DNA from: Eledone cirrhosa
Taxonomy: Eukaryota
Length of the DNA stretch: 64,000 nt
Assembly (NCBI GenBank): GCA_964016885.1
Contig: OZ024743.1
Span: 157,604,001-157,668,000, forward strand
Reading direction: 5' to 3'
The notes beneath the pieces were generated by a model. That model made no database searches and was not told the DNA's origin. It saw nothing but the letters and a program-made list of their open reading frames with translations. Both the position numbers and the translations under genes were made by a program. Positions 14,011 to 27,030 of this stretch are shown piece after piece (the first letter of the stretch is position 1; each line of letters starts with the position of its first letter).

Positions 14011-14041
<31 letters not shown>

Positions 14042-14044
14042 TAA

Positions 14045-14232
14045 TTATTTTTACTTTTTGGCACAAGGCCAGCAATTATCCAGTGTATTACTGGTACTTT
14101 ATTATATCGACCCCGTAAGGATGAAAGGCAAAGTTAACCTCGGCGGGATTTGAACTGTCAGCAAAGGGACGTAACTGTGCTGCAAAGCATGGCGTCCGAC
14201 ACTCTAATGTTACTGCCAATTCACCGCCCTTA
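14045..14232 (-). mobile_element. tRNA-derived SINE
   Basis: Reverse complement of GGCGGTG..TGGCAGT..GTTCAAATCCCGCCGAGGTTAACTTTGCCTTTCATCC..GGGGTCGAT. Confidence 0.85.
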
Positions 14233-14632
14233 TTATTATATATATATAATGGAATATATATATAGTAGTGTAGTAAATACGAAGCAGAGTGAGATCTATA
14301 ATAAAAGAAGGATAAGTTAAAGAGCCGGTACGAAGCCGTTCAAAATTACACAGCGCAAATGATAAAACGAAACAAAGTAATGTTTTACTCATAGTCGGAT
14401 CACAGAAATAGGATATCTTGATGGAATTGCCTTCGGCGATTTTATTGTATCTATGTTGTGGTGGTAAATGTCTATCTATTAAATCTAAAAACCCTTTACC
14501 TCCGTTAGTCTTTACGTTAAGTGAAAATGGGGTGCGAACAAGATAATTATTCTTTTTTCTGTTAGCATTTTTAGTATGGTTGGGAATGATTGGGTGTGTA
14601 CTTAATTTTGTCCTTAAACCGACTATCTAGGG

Positions 14633-16800
14633 TAGGGGTCGGCAACCTTTTCGAGAGAGAGGGCCAAACAGCTATGCAGTTTCATGGAGGAGAGCCATGT
14701 TATTAAATATGCAAATAAATTTTCTGGAAGTTTAAGGCAAAACAAGGAATTTAATATAATTTTATTTTAAGAAGGCCCCTTATTTTACTGCAGGAATAAC
14801 ACAAAACAAAGAAAAAAAAACTACAAACACATTCAACAAAAAAAAGCAAATTCCTTATTTTACTGCAGGAATAAAAGAAAACAACTACTATCACAATCAA
14901 CAAAAAAAAAGCAAATTCCTTGCTGCAAACGAAATACAGTTAGAAAAGGTAAATGATTTAATGAGACACTTGTTTAACTTCTCCACATCAGCTGAAATAT
15001 TTGTCAATGACAGGAGCAAAACATCATCCAGGTGGTCGTCACGCAACCTTGTTCTTAAATGACTTTTAGTATATTTCATTTTGGAAAAAAATTGTTCACA
15101 AGCATATGTACTTCCAAATAATGATATCATCAGTTTCGCATTAATCAAGATGTTTTTATATTTTCAGTTTGGCAATATATATTTCTTGTAGAAGTCAGCA
15201 GTGGATTTGAACTGAAATTTCGATTTCAAAGATTCGTCGCATTGTAAGTCAATTAACTCCAACTGATATTCTTCTGCCACTTGCTCCACATCAGTTTCGT
15301 AAGGAGTACCAAATAACTTAAATAGAGTTCCATATAGTCGGAAGTCAGCAAAACGAGAGGAAAACTCGCTTTTCAAATCCTTAATAGAGCTCACAAAGAT
15401 GTCTGGTATTATATCTCTCTTGTGATTTTGGAGACTTGGGAAATGGGAGTAGTTTTCTTTTTGAAGTTGTGATTCCCACAGTCGAAGTTTTCTCTCAAAA
15501 GCAGTAATTTGACCAAACATCTCAAATACAATCTTGTTCTTTCCTCGAAGCTCAAGATTCAAAGTGTTCATGTTGGTCGTGATGTCCACTAAAAAAGCTA
15601 ACTTGACAACCCACTGTGGTTCCTGAAAGTAAGAATTATCTTGGTCTTTGCTCTCTAAAAACAGAGAAATCTCTTCTCTCAATGCATATACTCGTTCTAT
15701 CATTTTTCCGCGGCTAAGCCATCGAACATTTGAAAAATATGTCAGGTCGCCATACTCTGCTTCAATTTGTTTTAGAAATTCTTGAAACTGGCGGTGATTT
15801 AGTCCTCTTGACAGTATAAAATTCACTGTTTTCACGAACACTGCCATGATGTCCTTAAAATTCAGTGACTTTGCACATAATGCGTCTTGATGAATAATTC
15901 AATGAAGTTTGATTAATTTTTTATCAATACCGATGTGGTTTTGGAGCAATGCAACAAACCCCTTTTTCTCTCCAACCATTGCTGGTGCTCCATCTGTGAT
16001 TACTCCAGAAAGCTTTGATAAATCCAGATTCATTTCGGTAATCCATTTTATTATGCTTTCCAAAATATCTGCTCCAGTGCTAGTGTCCTTCATAGGAATC
16101 AATTGAGCAAATTCTTCCACATTGTCAAATGTTGGTGTTACACCCCTCACAAACACTGCAAGTTGACAAGTATCCTTCATATCTGTGGTTTCATCGATAG
16201 CAATGGAATAATACTCCAGATTATTTAAAATGCACTCCAAGCAACTTCTGACATTTGCTGCCAACTCTTCAATTCGCCCTGTTACTGTTCTTGCCGATAG
16301 GCTGATCGCCGAAAATAATTCACTTTTTTCTGGACAAACAACATCTGCTACCTTCATAAGTAAAAGGGTTCATCCTTTTTGCAATTAGATTTTACACCTC
16401 GTAGCTAGCACGAGTTGTCGGTCACTTTCTTCAACTTTTCTACTGAAAAAGGATGATTGCTTTGTTACATTATTTCTCAGCCGTGCAACTTCGTTTACTC
16501 GTGCTTTTCCAGTAAAACTGTTGTAATGATTATGACGTGTTTCATAGTGCCGTTTAATATTTGAAACTTTCTTCACGGCAATGGTTTCTTGACAAATTAA
16601 GCAAACACATTTTTCGAAGTGCTCAATGAAAAAATAGCTAAGTGTCCAGCTATCGTTAAAAGTTCTGCATTCCAAATCCACTTTTCTTTTATTAGCTTCC
16701 ATGGGATTGTTTTTGAAGAAATAAGAAACAAGGAAAACAAATGTAAATGCAAATACAGTAATGCGATAAAATATGATAATTGTGAATAAATTATATAAAA
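14633..16800 (-). mobile_element. hAT DNA transposon (SPIN/Charlie-like; GTF2IRD2-like transposase), one terminal inverted repeat (TIR) visible
   Basis: TIR-like TAGGGGTCGGCAACCT at 14633, preceded by ATCTAGGG (resembles the NTCTAGAN target). Transposase motifs CLIC..NIKRHY, DETTD, TDGAPAMVG, VRWLSRG, FGSTYACEQFFS. The other TIR was not found. Confidence 0.88.
14897..16702 (-). pseudogene. hAT transposase, frameshifted
   Basis: Four colinear ORF fragments: 16385-16702, 15899-16357, 15164-15847, 14897-15148. Confidence 0.88.
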
Positions 16801-17282
16801 CCAGGTTACTAACGACGTTGTTAGATCAGGATTGCCATTTGTTTTTTTAAACCACTATTGGCCTAATTCTAATAATAATAATTCACACAATTTATCACAA
16901 ATAATTAAATAAATGTTATTATTGAATAAAGATACCTACTGTATAGTTGTTATACCACCAGACAACAAACTCAAATGAAAATACTCTGGGGAGGAGGGAA
17001 CGAAGTAATTTTTCCAAGGACAGCTTTACCTTGTGCTGGGGGGCACAGGTAAGGTCAGGCAAACGAAGACGACAATAATTCACGAGTGATTTTATTGAAT
17101 GACAATATGGGTATAAAAGTGAGTCATGCGAACCGTAAGGAAGTATACCTTCCAGTCGCTGACGAAAATGCATACTTCCAGCCAACATTTGTGTTTGTTG
17201 ACTCGAACAAAAACACATACATGAAATCACAGGAAATAATAATACAGGTGATATATTGAAAAAGATGGATAAGAGGAAATAA

Positions 17283-17797
17283 TAATTGTTTCTACATTTG
17301 GCACAAGGCCAGCAATTATCCTAGTGTATTGCTGGTGCTTTATTTTATCGACCCCGTAAGGATGAAAGGCAAAGTTAAACTCGGCGGGATTTGAACTCAG
17401 ACCATAAAGGGACGTAACTCTTTGCTAATAAATGGAAAATATAATTGTTTCTACTTTAGGCACAAGGCCAGCAATTTCCCAGTGCATTACTGGTACTTTA
17501 TTTTATCGACCCCGTAAGGATGAAAGCAAAGTCAACCTCGGCGGGATTTGAACTCAGATCGTAAAGGGACGTAACTATGCTGGAAAGCATGGCGTACGAC
17601 CCTCTACCGATACTGCCAATCCACCGCCTTATGGAAAATGGAAAATATAATAAGGTTACAAAGGCGGTGGATTGGCAGTATCGGTAGAGGGTCGGACGCC
17701 ATACTTTCCAGCATAGTTACGTCCCTTTACGATCTGAGTTCAAATCCCGCCGAGGTTGACTTTGCTTTCATCCTTACGGGGTCGATAAAATAAAGTA
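17283..17797. mobile_element. Cluster of three SINE copies: two on minus (17283-17420, 17443-17630) and one on plus (17661-17797)
   Basis: A-box TGGCAGTATCGG and B-box GAGTTCAAATCC; the last two copies form a head-to-head inverted repeat. Confidence 0.88.
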
Positions 17798-18288
17798 TAA
17801 CTTAAATCAATTCAAGTGTGTATATTTGGTTTTCAAGAGAAAATTAGAAATTTGATCGAACTACATGTTTCAATTAACCTTTTTTCATATCAATCTTAAA
17901 ACAAATTCAATGAGAAACTGATAAAAATCGTTTAAAAAAACAAACTATCCATTTGAATTTCCATTCGTGAAAAATACGATTATATTTATTTATATATTTA
18001 CATTTGATGTCGCGTATTCTATTCGAACTTATGACACAGAAGTAAAACATGTAAGCCACTACTTCATTTTGTTTTCCTGCTTTGAAAATACTACATTTCG
18101 ATTGGTATGATGTTAGTCCTTGTAGTCATAACTGCGTTAGTAATGCTTATAAATAATCTGCTCGGCTGAGATTTACTTCTTAAGCTAAATGAGAACATGA
18201 GTACACTCACACAGACGTTTTAAATATGTTCTCATTTAACAAAGAAGAGAAAAGAGACGTTCCGAAATTATATGGAGTGTTAATAGTG

Positions 18289-18503
18289 GTTTCTTATATA
18301 GGCACAAGGCCACCAATTTTGGGGGAGGGGAAAGTCGATTAAATCGACCCCAGTGCGTGACTGGTACTTTATTTTATCAACCCCGCAAGGATGAAAGGCA
18401 AAGTTAACCTCGGCAGGATTTGAACTGAGATCATAAAGGGCCTTAACTCTATGCTGCAAAGCATGGCGTCCGACCCTCTACCGATACTGCCAATCCACCA
18501 CCC
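18289..18503 (-). mobile_element. Full-length SINE with a 20-bp target-site duplication
   Basis: TATATGGAGTGTTAATAGTG occurs at 18269-18288 and 18504-18523, flanking the SINE. Confidence 0.9.
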
Positions 18504-20074
18504 TATATGGAGTGTTAATAGTGTTACACGTTGCTTATGTCTGGTTGATAGTAACTCAACTAAAGTATATTGGCTGTGAAAATAATGAAAGTATTTAATA
18601 ACATTTGAGAAATGTGAAAAAAGATAAAAATAGAATCTTTTCTGGTATTTTCTTACAAATGTGGGGTTTTGTGTGTGTCTGTATGTATATGTATAGTGAG
18701 AAGCGTGTGTGGGACGAGTGGACTTGTAACTCCTGATATGGTCGTAGGAGTACGGTCGTGATATTTAATGCTTTTCGTGGGCACTTTAAATATGGCTGGG
18801 TTTAACTCCTCTCCATGTTTGATCATAGCTGATTTCTTCCGAAGAAGGAGAGAGATAGGGAGAGAGAGGAAATGAGAAAGAATTAACCCTAGTAGTGACC
18901 TGGTAATTTTTTTATAGACCTCGAAAGAAGGACAAGTAAAGATGGCTTTCGTTGGATTTGAACTCAAAGAGTACAAAGAGAAGGAACGAATATCAAAGTA
19001 TTCTAACCGACCTTCTAATAACTCTGCCAATTTGCCTAAATATATATACATATGTGTGAAAATAGTATTAGAAGATTTAAAGGTATTTAAACTATTACTA
19101 CCGGAAATAGTCTTATAACAAACGGAGGAAATTATATCAGCATGCATGGGAATCGAACCCACAGCTCTTATTGACCTAATAGGAGTGCTATAGGTGTGCC
19201 CACACGATTTTCCTCGGTTAAATTCAGAAAGAATGCGTTCATAGCAGTATATGTAAATAAGTTCGGGTTTTTTATTTTTTTTAGAATACCACCAGGATTG
19301 AAATTTGGAGATAGAAGATTTCACCGAATTCACGGAATAAAATGATCATAATGATATAGCATGGCAATTTACATATAAAGGTTAAAGGATTAAAATGAAA
19401 ATAAAAATAAAAATAAAAATAAAAATAAAACATTGGCAGTTTATGAAGATAAAGCAAGAGGAAAGTTTAGAGTAGTCAGTGTATGAAACAATCTCACGTG
19501 TAGCATGCACGCGTGTCTTATTTATACAGGATTAGAGTGCGGCAGATTGTTACTTGTAGAATCAGGCAGTTAAAGCAGGCAATCAATATTATCATGTGGG
19601 CCGTATTGTTATATCATTTTTTCGCATTCACCTGTATGATATACAATCCCGAATGTAGAGAAACACCAAAATATCAAAAATATCAAACATATCACAAAAC
19701 ATATTATAAAATAGGCAAAACAGCACCACTGTGTTCGCACACATCACCACTCACACAATCCATGAAACGCAATATATAGACTACAGGTCTATCACACAAT
19801 CCACTATGATTCAGCATTGGGTGTCTGGAGAGTCAAGCTATAAACCATATCTTGTCGTTTCATATTTTGATTAATAGATCAGGATGTTTTAGTTGTGTGA
19901 GAAGACATTGTATATTCCGGAAGTGTGTGTGTGACTAAGGGGAGTTAATGCGTAAGGGGAGTTAATGCGTAAGGGGAGGTAACTAGCTGATTTTCATAGT
20001 TAAATTTATTATCTTAAACTACATTAATGGTGTTTCAAGTGAGTCCCTATCATATGAGGTTATAACCAATTTCT

Positions 20075-21077
20075 AAATTAAGTTACTTATCTATAAACTA
20101 CAGTGTAGTCTATTAAGAAGTACTAAAGGTGTTCATATCAGGATTTTTACCTTCTATTATGGAGTGCCACACCTGAACATTCTATAAGAAGAGTCAGACC
20201 TCCAAATCAATGATCTTTGTAAGTGTATTCCACCCGCAGGACGTGGCAGGGTCTTATTACTATATATGACTCCCGGTAAGCTCTGGGTCATTGTATGCCT
20301 GAATCCTTGGCAAATTTAAATATTACCAGGGTGGTCCGGAGATCAATTCTCTCATACAAAGACCCTAATCTGGCCATCAAGCAATACATAAACTCTCAAC
20401 TCATATATAAATTAGGTTTCTTATCTATAAATTACAGTGTAGTCTACTAAGAAGTACTAAAGGTGTTCATATCAGGGTGATTACCTTCCATTATGGAGTG
20501 CCACACCTGAACAATTTATAAGAAGAGTCAGACCTCCAAATCAATGATCTTTGCAAGTGTAGTACACCCGCAGAACCTGGCAGGTTCTTATTACTATATA
20601 TGACTCCCGGTAAGCTCTGGGTCATTGTATGCCTGAATCCTTGGTAAATTTAAATATTACCAGGGTGGTCCGGAGATCAATTCTCTCATACAAAGACCCT
20701 AATCTGGCCATCAAGCAATACATAAACTCTCAACTCATATATAAATTAGGTTTCTTATCTATAAATTACAGTGTAGTCTACTAAGAAGTACTAAAGGTGT
20801 TCATATCAGGGTGATTACCTTCTATTATGGAGTGCCACACCTGAACAATTTATAAGAAGAGTCAGACCTCCAAATCAATGATCTTTGCAAGTGTAGTACA
20901 CCCGCAGAACCTGGCAGGTTCTTATTACTATATATGACTCCCGGTAAGCTTTGGGTCATTGTATGTCTGAATCCTTGGCAAATTTGAATATCACCAGGGT
21001 GGTCTGGAGACCAATTCTCTCGTAGAAAGACACTAATCTGGCCATCAAGCAATACAGAAACTCCTAACTCATATATC
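20075..21077. repeat. Tandem repeat, 3 units of 334 bp
   Basis: TTATCTATAAA.TACAGTGTAGTC recurs at 20087, 20421 and 20755; the units are highly similar. Confidence 0.92.
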
Positions 21078-21689
21078 ACCTGTACATAATTCATTGTACT
21101 CAGCATATAGAGTATATAGTCCCTTTAATAATAAATTAATTACTTAATCATATATCTATCCTATGGTGGCAGTCCATGCACAGGACTATGTTAGCACAAC
21201 CAAAACAGTGCCTACAGTTTACATTAATCATATATTTGTGCAATGTAGTCCAAGTAATTCAAGGCCAATATATCAGAAGTGGAGGTACATTGGGGTATCT
21301 CCACGGTAAAAGGTACTATAAGGGTGCCACTATTTGCGTTAGAGTGTATGAATGGGTGTGGAGATGAGGTGTAAGGTGTGCCACTGATGCTGATTGCTAG
21401 AGGTGGGTCAATATATGCACTGTGGGTCAATATATGCATATGTTTTTATATGTCTCTTGTGTTGAAAAGGAGGTCAAGTATGTTATAGATCACTAAATAG
21501 TTGCTCCGAAGAATACAAACCTCGGTTTGGAGGAAACAATTGTAAGCTAATAAATGATTTAAACTGAACTTTGATTATTGTAATCTCTCTCTATATATAT
21601 ATCAAGATGGATTCAGTTTGGAACTGGATAGACCATAACTCATCAGAGTACTCGATAGTTGGGGTAGTAGAATATGGTTATAATATAAA

Positions 21690-22310
21690 AACAAATAACG
21701 AAACGAAATTAAATTTCGTTTCGTTTGTAACTCACTTTTGTATGACTGACGCTTAAACAATTAAGTTAAAAATGTACATCCACATATGTATACTGAAATA
21801 CTAGTATGCATATGAATACACACACGTATACATATGTAGATGTACCGAGTTTTTCACTGGTCACTTTACTGTGTGTGTCCAGCTATTCTGTATGTAAACA
21901 CAGACAAACCGGTTTTTAGAGTCATACTGGTTTTTGAGGAAACACCTTTCCTCTATTCTCCAGAAAGCCAGACAAGGAATATTGAACTAGTTTCGTTGTT
22001 GTTACAACTCATCAGCAATATTTACCTATCTTCCGGCCTTTCTAGAGAATCGTAAAAGCACATATCGTTATATGCTTTTTCTATGAAAATTAGTAGTGGG
22101 CAGACTAATTTGCATAGAGCGTGAGTACGTACCGGTTCAACGGAGACGATAAAAACAAATAACGAAACGAAATTAAATTTCGTTTCGTTTGTAACTCACT
22201 TTTGTATGACTGACGCTTAAACAATTAAGTTAAAAATGTACATCCACATATGTATACTGAAATACTAGTATGCATATGAATACACACACGTATACATATG
22301 TAGATGTACC
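21690..22310 (-). mobile_element. Non-coding hammerhead-bearing element (retrozyme-like), 464-bp period, ~160-bp terminal direct repeat, 13-bp TSD
   Basis: 21685-21847 is identical to 22149-22311. GTTATAATATAAA occurs at 21677-21689 and 22311-22323. Hammerhead in the interior; no credible ORF. Confidence 0.78.
21978..22022 (-). ncRNA. Type I hammerhead ribozyme, canonical core
   Basis: Minus strand: AATATTG-CTGATGA-GTTGT(AACA)ACAAC-GAAA-CTAG-TT-CAATATT. 7-bp stem I and palindromic stem III ACTAGT. Confidence 0.88.
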
Positions 22311-23354
22311 GTTATAATATAAAGAGTCAAGAACTCGACGGCTGTGCTCTTGCCCTTTCAACAGCAAGAAACAGACCGATCGGTAAATGCATGTGCGGTT
22401 AACAGACTGTGTCATCAGGAGGTGTGGTTTATTCAAATAAGGACATACATTGTTTATCCAATTGTAAATCTCCTCACAGAAGTGTTTTATTATTGAGGAG
22501 TGGTTGTATGTGGTTGTGTGTATAGATATCTGGCTTAGTGAGTGTTTATATGTATGCGTCTATATGCGCGCCCAAGTGTATCCGTCTTCTTAGCTTGAGA
22601 TAGAATAATTACACTGAATGGGAAGGAATATATTTACAAAGAAAACATGTCAGTGTTTGTGTGTGTGTTTGTCTGCTCCTAGGCATAGTTATCATGACCC
22701 TCAGACAACAGGTCTATAGAATTGGCGTCAGTCCTCGCAGCAAATCGCTTTTATCAAGGAACAGTACAAGGTGACCGAATAGGAGATATATCTGTCAACG
22801 AAGTGACGACTAAATTCTTAGTTATCAGAATAAACGAGGAGCAGCCAGCCAATTTAACAGCTCACACATGCATTTGATGAGACAGTGATATAACGTTAAT
22901 TTAAAATGTTGATTAACTTGAGGATATTGGATACTATTTAAATAAGCTATTCCTGAACTTTCATAATACATATTTTTTAAAAAACGAAGCTTTGCACAGA
23001 TATATTTTAAAAGAAAACCTTGAAGATAACGATTGCATTGATGAAAGCAATAATAAAATACCTATAACGATATATAAATGTGTTTAGTATAATGAAAAAA
23101 ATCATGAGTATACACCTTTAGCCTACTAGCCAGTGTTTTTTAAGTAAAATCTTGTGGAACTTATTTAATACAACTACTCTAGTATTTAAACAAGTTTGAA
23201 TTACCGTTAGGAGTATAGATTTGATTTACTTAAGATATCCACGTTTCGTGGTATGACCGAGTTTCTACTAGTGATTATATTTCATATATTTATTGTGGAA
23301 TAAGTAGTATATGTAATTACTATATATTATGCAATGTAACGGCCTATGTTTTAT

Positions 23355-23420
<66 letters not shown>

Positions 23421-23425
<5 letters not shown>

Positions 23426-26400
23426 ACTCTTTTACTCTTGTACCTGTTCCAGCCATCCGGCTGAGGCCATGCTGGGGACCGCCCTTGTTGCTACACATTT
23501 TATCTCCAGCCTGTATTGGTTGGCCACTGGTGTAAGAGGGAGTTTGTTGCTGCTATCCTTAGGTTTCCCTCGTGCCTTGCTGTGGGCTCATCCGGGATCC
23601 TGGATAGCAAGGTGTCGATATGTCTCTTGAACACATCCACCTCCACACCATGCAAATCTCTCAGATCCCTCGGCAGCTTGTTGAAGAGTTGAGGGTTTTG
23701 AATCCCAGGCTATTGCAATATCTGCTCCTTATTCTAGATGTGGAAGACACCACACAGTGATGTCCTGTGTGGCACCACACAGTGACGTCCTGTTCGACGA
23801 TTGGTCCAGCTCCCAATGCCAAAGTTTGGTGCTAGTCCCTCCAGGATTTTTCACATGTAGATCACTGCGTATCTCTCCCGTCTTCGTTCCAAGGAGTAGA
23901 GGTTCAGTTATTTTAGCCTCTCCCACTAGCTTATCTCCTTCATCGTGGCAATCCTCTTGGTGTAGCTTCGCTGGATTGCCTCGAGCTCGGTGGTTAGTTT
24001 GATACTTAGGGGTGACCACAACTGGAAGCAATAGTTCAGGCGGCTTAGGACAAATGTCCTCCATAATGTCAACATGGTGTCTCGGTCTCTTGTCCGGAAA
24101 GTCCTCAAGATCCAGCCAGCGAGTCGTCTGCATATTGTCGCCACTTTCATGATGTGTGAGGAAAAAGATGCATCATCGCTCATGTCTATGCCCAGGTCTC
24201 GTATCGATTTTGACGCGGGGATATCGGTCGCTCCTGGTCCTGCGTAACTGTGCTGTACTGCATTTGTGTTTGCAGGTTTGTATTATAGGGCTTGGAATTT
24301 GCCAGCATTGAACTGCATGTTGTTATCTTCCGCCCATTTGTATATGGCATCCAGGTCTTGTTGTAAAAGGGCAGCGCCAGCCGGGTTTTTGATTGCCTGT
24401 GCTACCTTAGTGTCATCAGCATAGCTAGTGAGGGATGTTGTATGTACTACAGAGGGCATGTCTGAGAGAGCCACCAAAACAGTAGTTGTCCCAGGACTGT
24501 CCCTTGGGGCACCTCACTTGTTATTGATGTTTCCTTTGAGAAGGCACCGTTTGCTGCGACTGTCTGGCTTCTGTCCTTTAAGAAGTCATGCAGCCACTCA
24601 CCTACTTTTCCAGTTATACCGAGTCCGTGTAGTTTGTGACATATCATTCCGTGGTCGACCTTGTCAAAGGCCTTCGCAAAGTCAAGATATATCACGTCCA
24701 CATCTGAGCTGTCTAGCAGTTGTTTCAGTACCCAGTCGTAGTGATGTAGCAGCTGTGTAAGGCAGCTTCTTCCTGGGCGGGAGCCATGCTTCGTGCTAGT
24801 CAGGCGGTCATTTTCCTCGAAGAAAGTGATCAGTTTCTTTCTGACGACTCGCTCCATGAGCTTACTGATATGCGACGTCAGAGAGACTGGCCTAGAGTTC
24901 TTGGCCTCCGCTCTGCTACCTGCTTTATGGATAGGGCATATTGTGCCTTCTTTCAGCTCCCTGGGTAGTATACCGCTAGCCAAGGAGCTTCTGAAGAGTA
25001 TCTTCAGTGGAGTTGCTAAGGCCCGCTTACATGTTTTTAAGAGGACTGCTGGGAATCCATCAGATCCAGCAGCTGAGTCTGTTCTGATTTCATCTATGGC
25101 GTATACCACATCCTCCTCCGTTATGTCTATGTGGTTGATGGTCGCCATTTCTTCATGTAGTGTTGTGGCATCAAAGAACTCCTCCGGCTTTGTTATTTGC
25201 ATGTGCCTCGGTGGACATGTGAACACACTTTTGTACTGTTCGTTCAGTATTTCACATATCTCTTGGGGATTCTCGGTTAATGAAGCGTCTGTCTGGAAAA
25301 GTGGCCCAATCTTACAGTGTACCGAGACAGTTTCTTTTGCAAATTTAAAGAAGGCCTTAGGGTTTGTTTTAATGTTTTCTATGGCCCTGCTTTCTTTCTT
25401 TGCCCTCTCATTTTCATGGGAAAGTTTGAGTGCAATCTCGGTGCCAAGTGGTGCACGTTTCAGATAGGATTCCTTTTTGTTTTTGTTTTCTTTTTGTGCA
25501 TTCAACTGGTTTGAGAGCTTGGTTCTACGTCTCATAAGGATTTTGCCATCTCCGGGCATAATATTTTTGTGTCTGTTTGCCTTTTTCTCCGGGACAAACG
25601 TTTTGCATATAGTGTGTATCGTTGTCATGAAGTGTTGAAATTGTGTGTTGGTGTCTTGTGTGGCGGTGTTTTCGGTCCATGTTTGCTTCCGGATTTCTCT
25701 CTTGATCTTTTTCCAGTTAGCCTTGTAGAAGTTAAGGCTGGATAACGACCCGGTGCTTCTTGGTGGTTTTGTCTCTGTTGGTTCTCACGGACCACATATC
25801 ATTAGTTCTACTAAGTTATGGTCCGAGAAAATTGTTGGTGTCACCTTTACATTGTGGACGAGCACTTCGTTATTTGTAAAACAGTGGTCCAGGATATTTT
25901 CGCCTCTTGTTGGGAGGGGGTATTGCTTGTTCCATGAACAGCCTGTGTGTGAGGGCCAGCAGGGATTCCGTCTGTCTCTGTTCTATCGATGTCATTCCAG
26001 GGAGGAGGTGGCTCTCAGGCCATTTGACCTTTGGCAGTAGAATGTTGAGACCCTGGTCCAGTTTGTCAAGGACCTTTTCTATCCTAATGAGGCTATATTC
26101 AAATTTACCCTCATGACCCGGGAGCATCGGGCGGCCGATATGTGACACATATTACTGTCTGTAGTTGCTTCATATGTACTATCAGTGTGCCACAGACTGA
26201 GTTTGAATGTGTCAACAGTACAATTGGTGTGATATTTTCACGGATATACAGAGCAACCCCACCATGAGTTCTCTCCTTCCTGTCCGAACTAAATACAGTA
26301 TATTTCGGTATATGTATTATACTTCTGCATCTGCTATACTGCTTGTCAGGTGCGTTTCGGTTAGTGCCATGAATAATGTTTGATTGCTTATGGGTAAATC

Positions 26401-26568
26401 TACCATGTAGGAAATTTTACTCATGTTACTGAGTTTCACCAGGTCTCTGACATTCAGCAGCAGCACTGGTGTGACTTTTGGGGTGCCAGTAATATCTGTC
26501 GGTATGACACCTGGTGTGGTGTCAGGCGACCACTCTGGGTCCCTTACGTGTGGTGGTCTCGAGTGCTG
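23421..26568 (-). mobile_element. CR1/L2-group LINE, ORF2 (APE + RT), 5'-truncated and degenerate
   Basis: LLNVR, ALTETHL, DR..RTHGGVALY (APE); RPVSLTS, YLDFAKAFDKVDH, VPQGTVLG, YADDTK (RT); 3' tail (GAGTAAAA)n; flanked by (TA)n. Confidence 0.88.
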
Positions 26569-26952
26569 GTATATATATATATATATATATACATATATAA
26601 ATTAATAAAATAATGAATAAACAAAGAAACAGTTCCTTATATTAAAAAATTCATCATTTTACGATCGTTTCTAGGATATATATGTTAGTGTTGGTATGCA
26701 TATCCTATAGATCTATGTAAATTTTTTACAAACTATCAGAGGGAATATACATACCTACACATATATATGCTGTCTTCAGAAATAATGATATTTGTTTATT
26801 GAAAAAACCAACAAAGATTTAATACAATAGGTCTGTTTGGGAACAGGTTTTGAATTGACCAATAGAATGATAGTGAAGGTCAAGATAGTAATATAGTAGT
26901 AAAAGAACCATACTTTGCTCCTATTTTTATGCATTTTGGTAGATTTATCTAC

Positions 26953-27030
<78 letters not shown>

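Larger units (their letters stand above)
8266..14012 (+). mobile_element. L1/Tx1-clade non-LTR retrotransposon, full-length layout, degenerate
   Basis: ORF1 followed by ORF2 with APE (SINALGL, SET, VYAP, GNWNG, SYLDR), RT (KSPGLDG, NFRPITLLN, DQSKDFDR, YADD) and a C-terminal Cys motif. AATAAA at ~14000 is followed by (ATT)n, and the 5' side is also (ATT)n. Confidence 0.9.

Noticed and set aside
18653-19333. 226-aa minus-strand ORF
   Set aside because: No domain motifs; it crosses SINE fragments and simple repeats.
20075-22323. CRISPR-like or LTR-retrotransposon interpretation of the direct repeats
   Set aside because: There is no short repeat/unique spacer pattern, and no TG..CA termini, PBS or 4-6-bp TSD.
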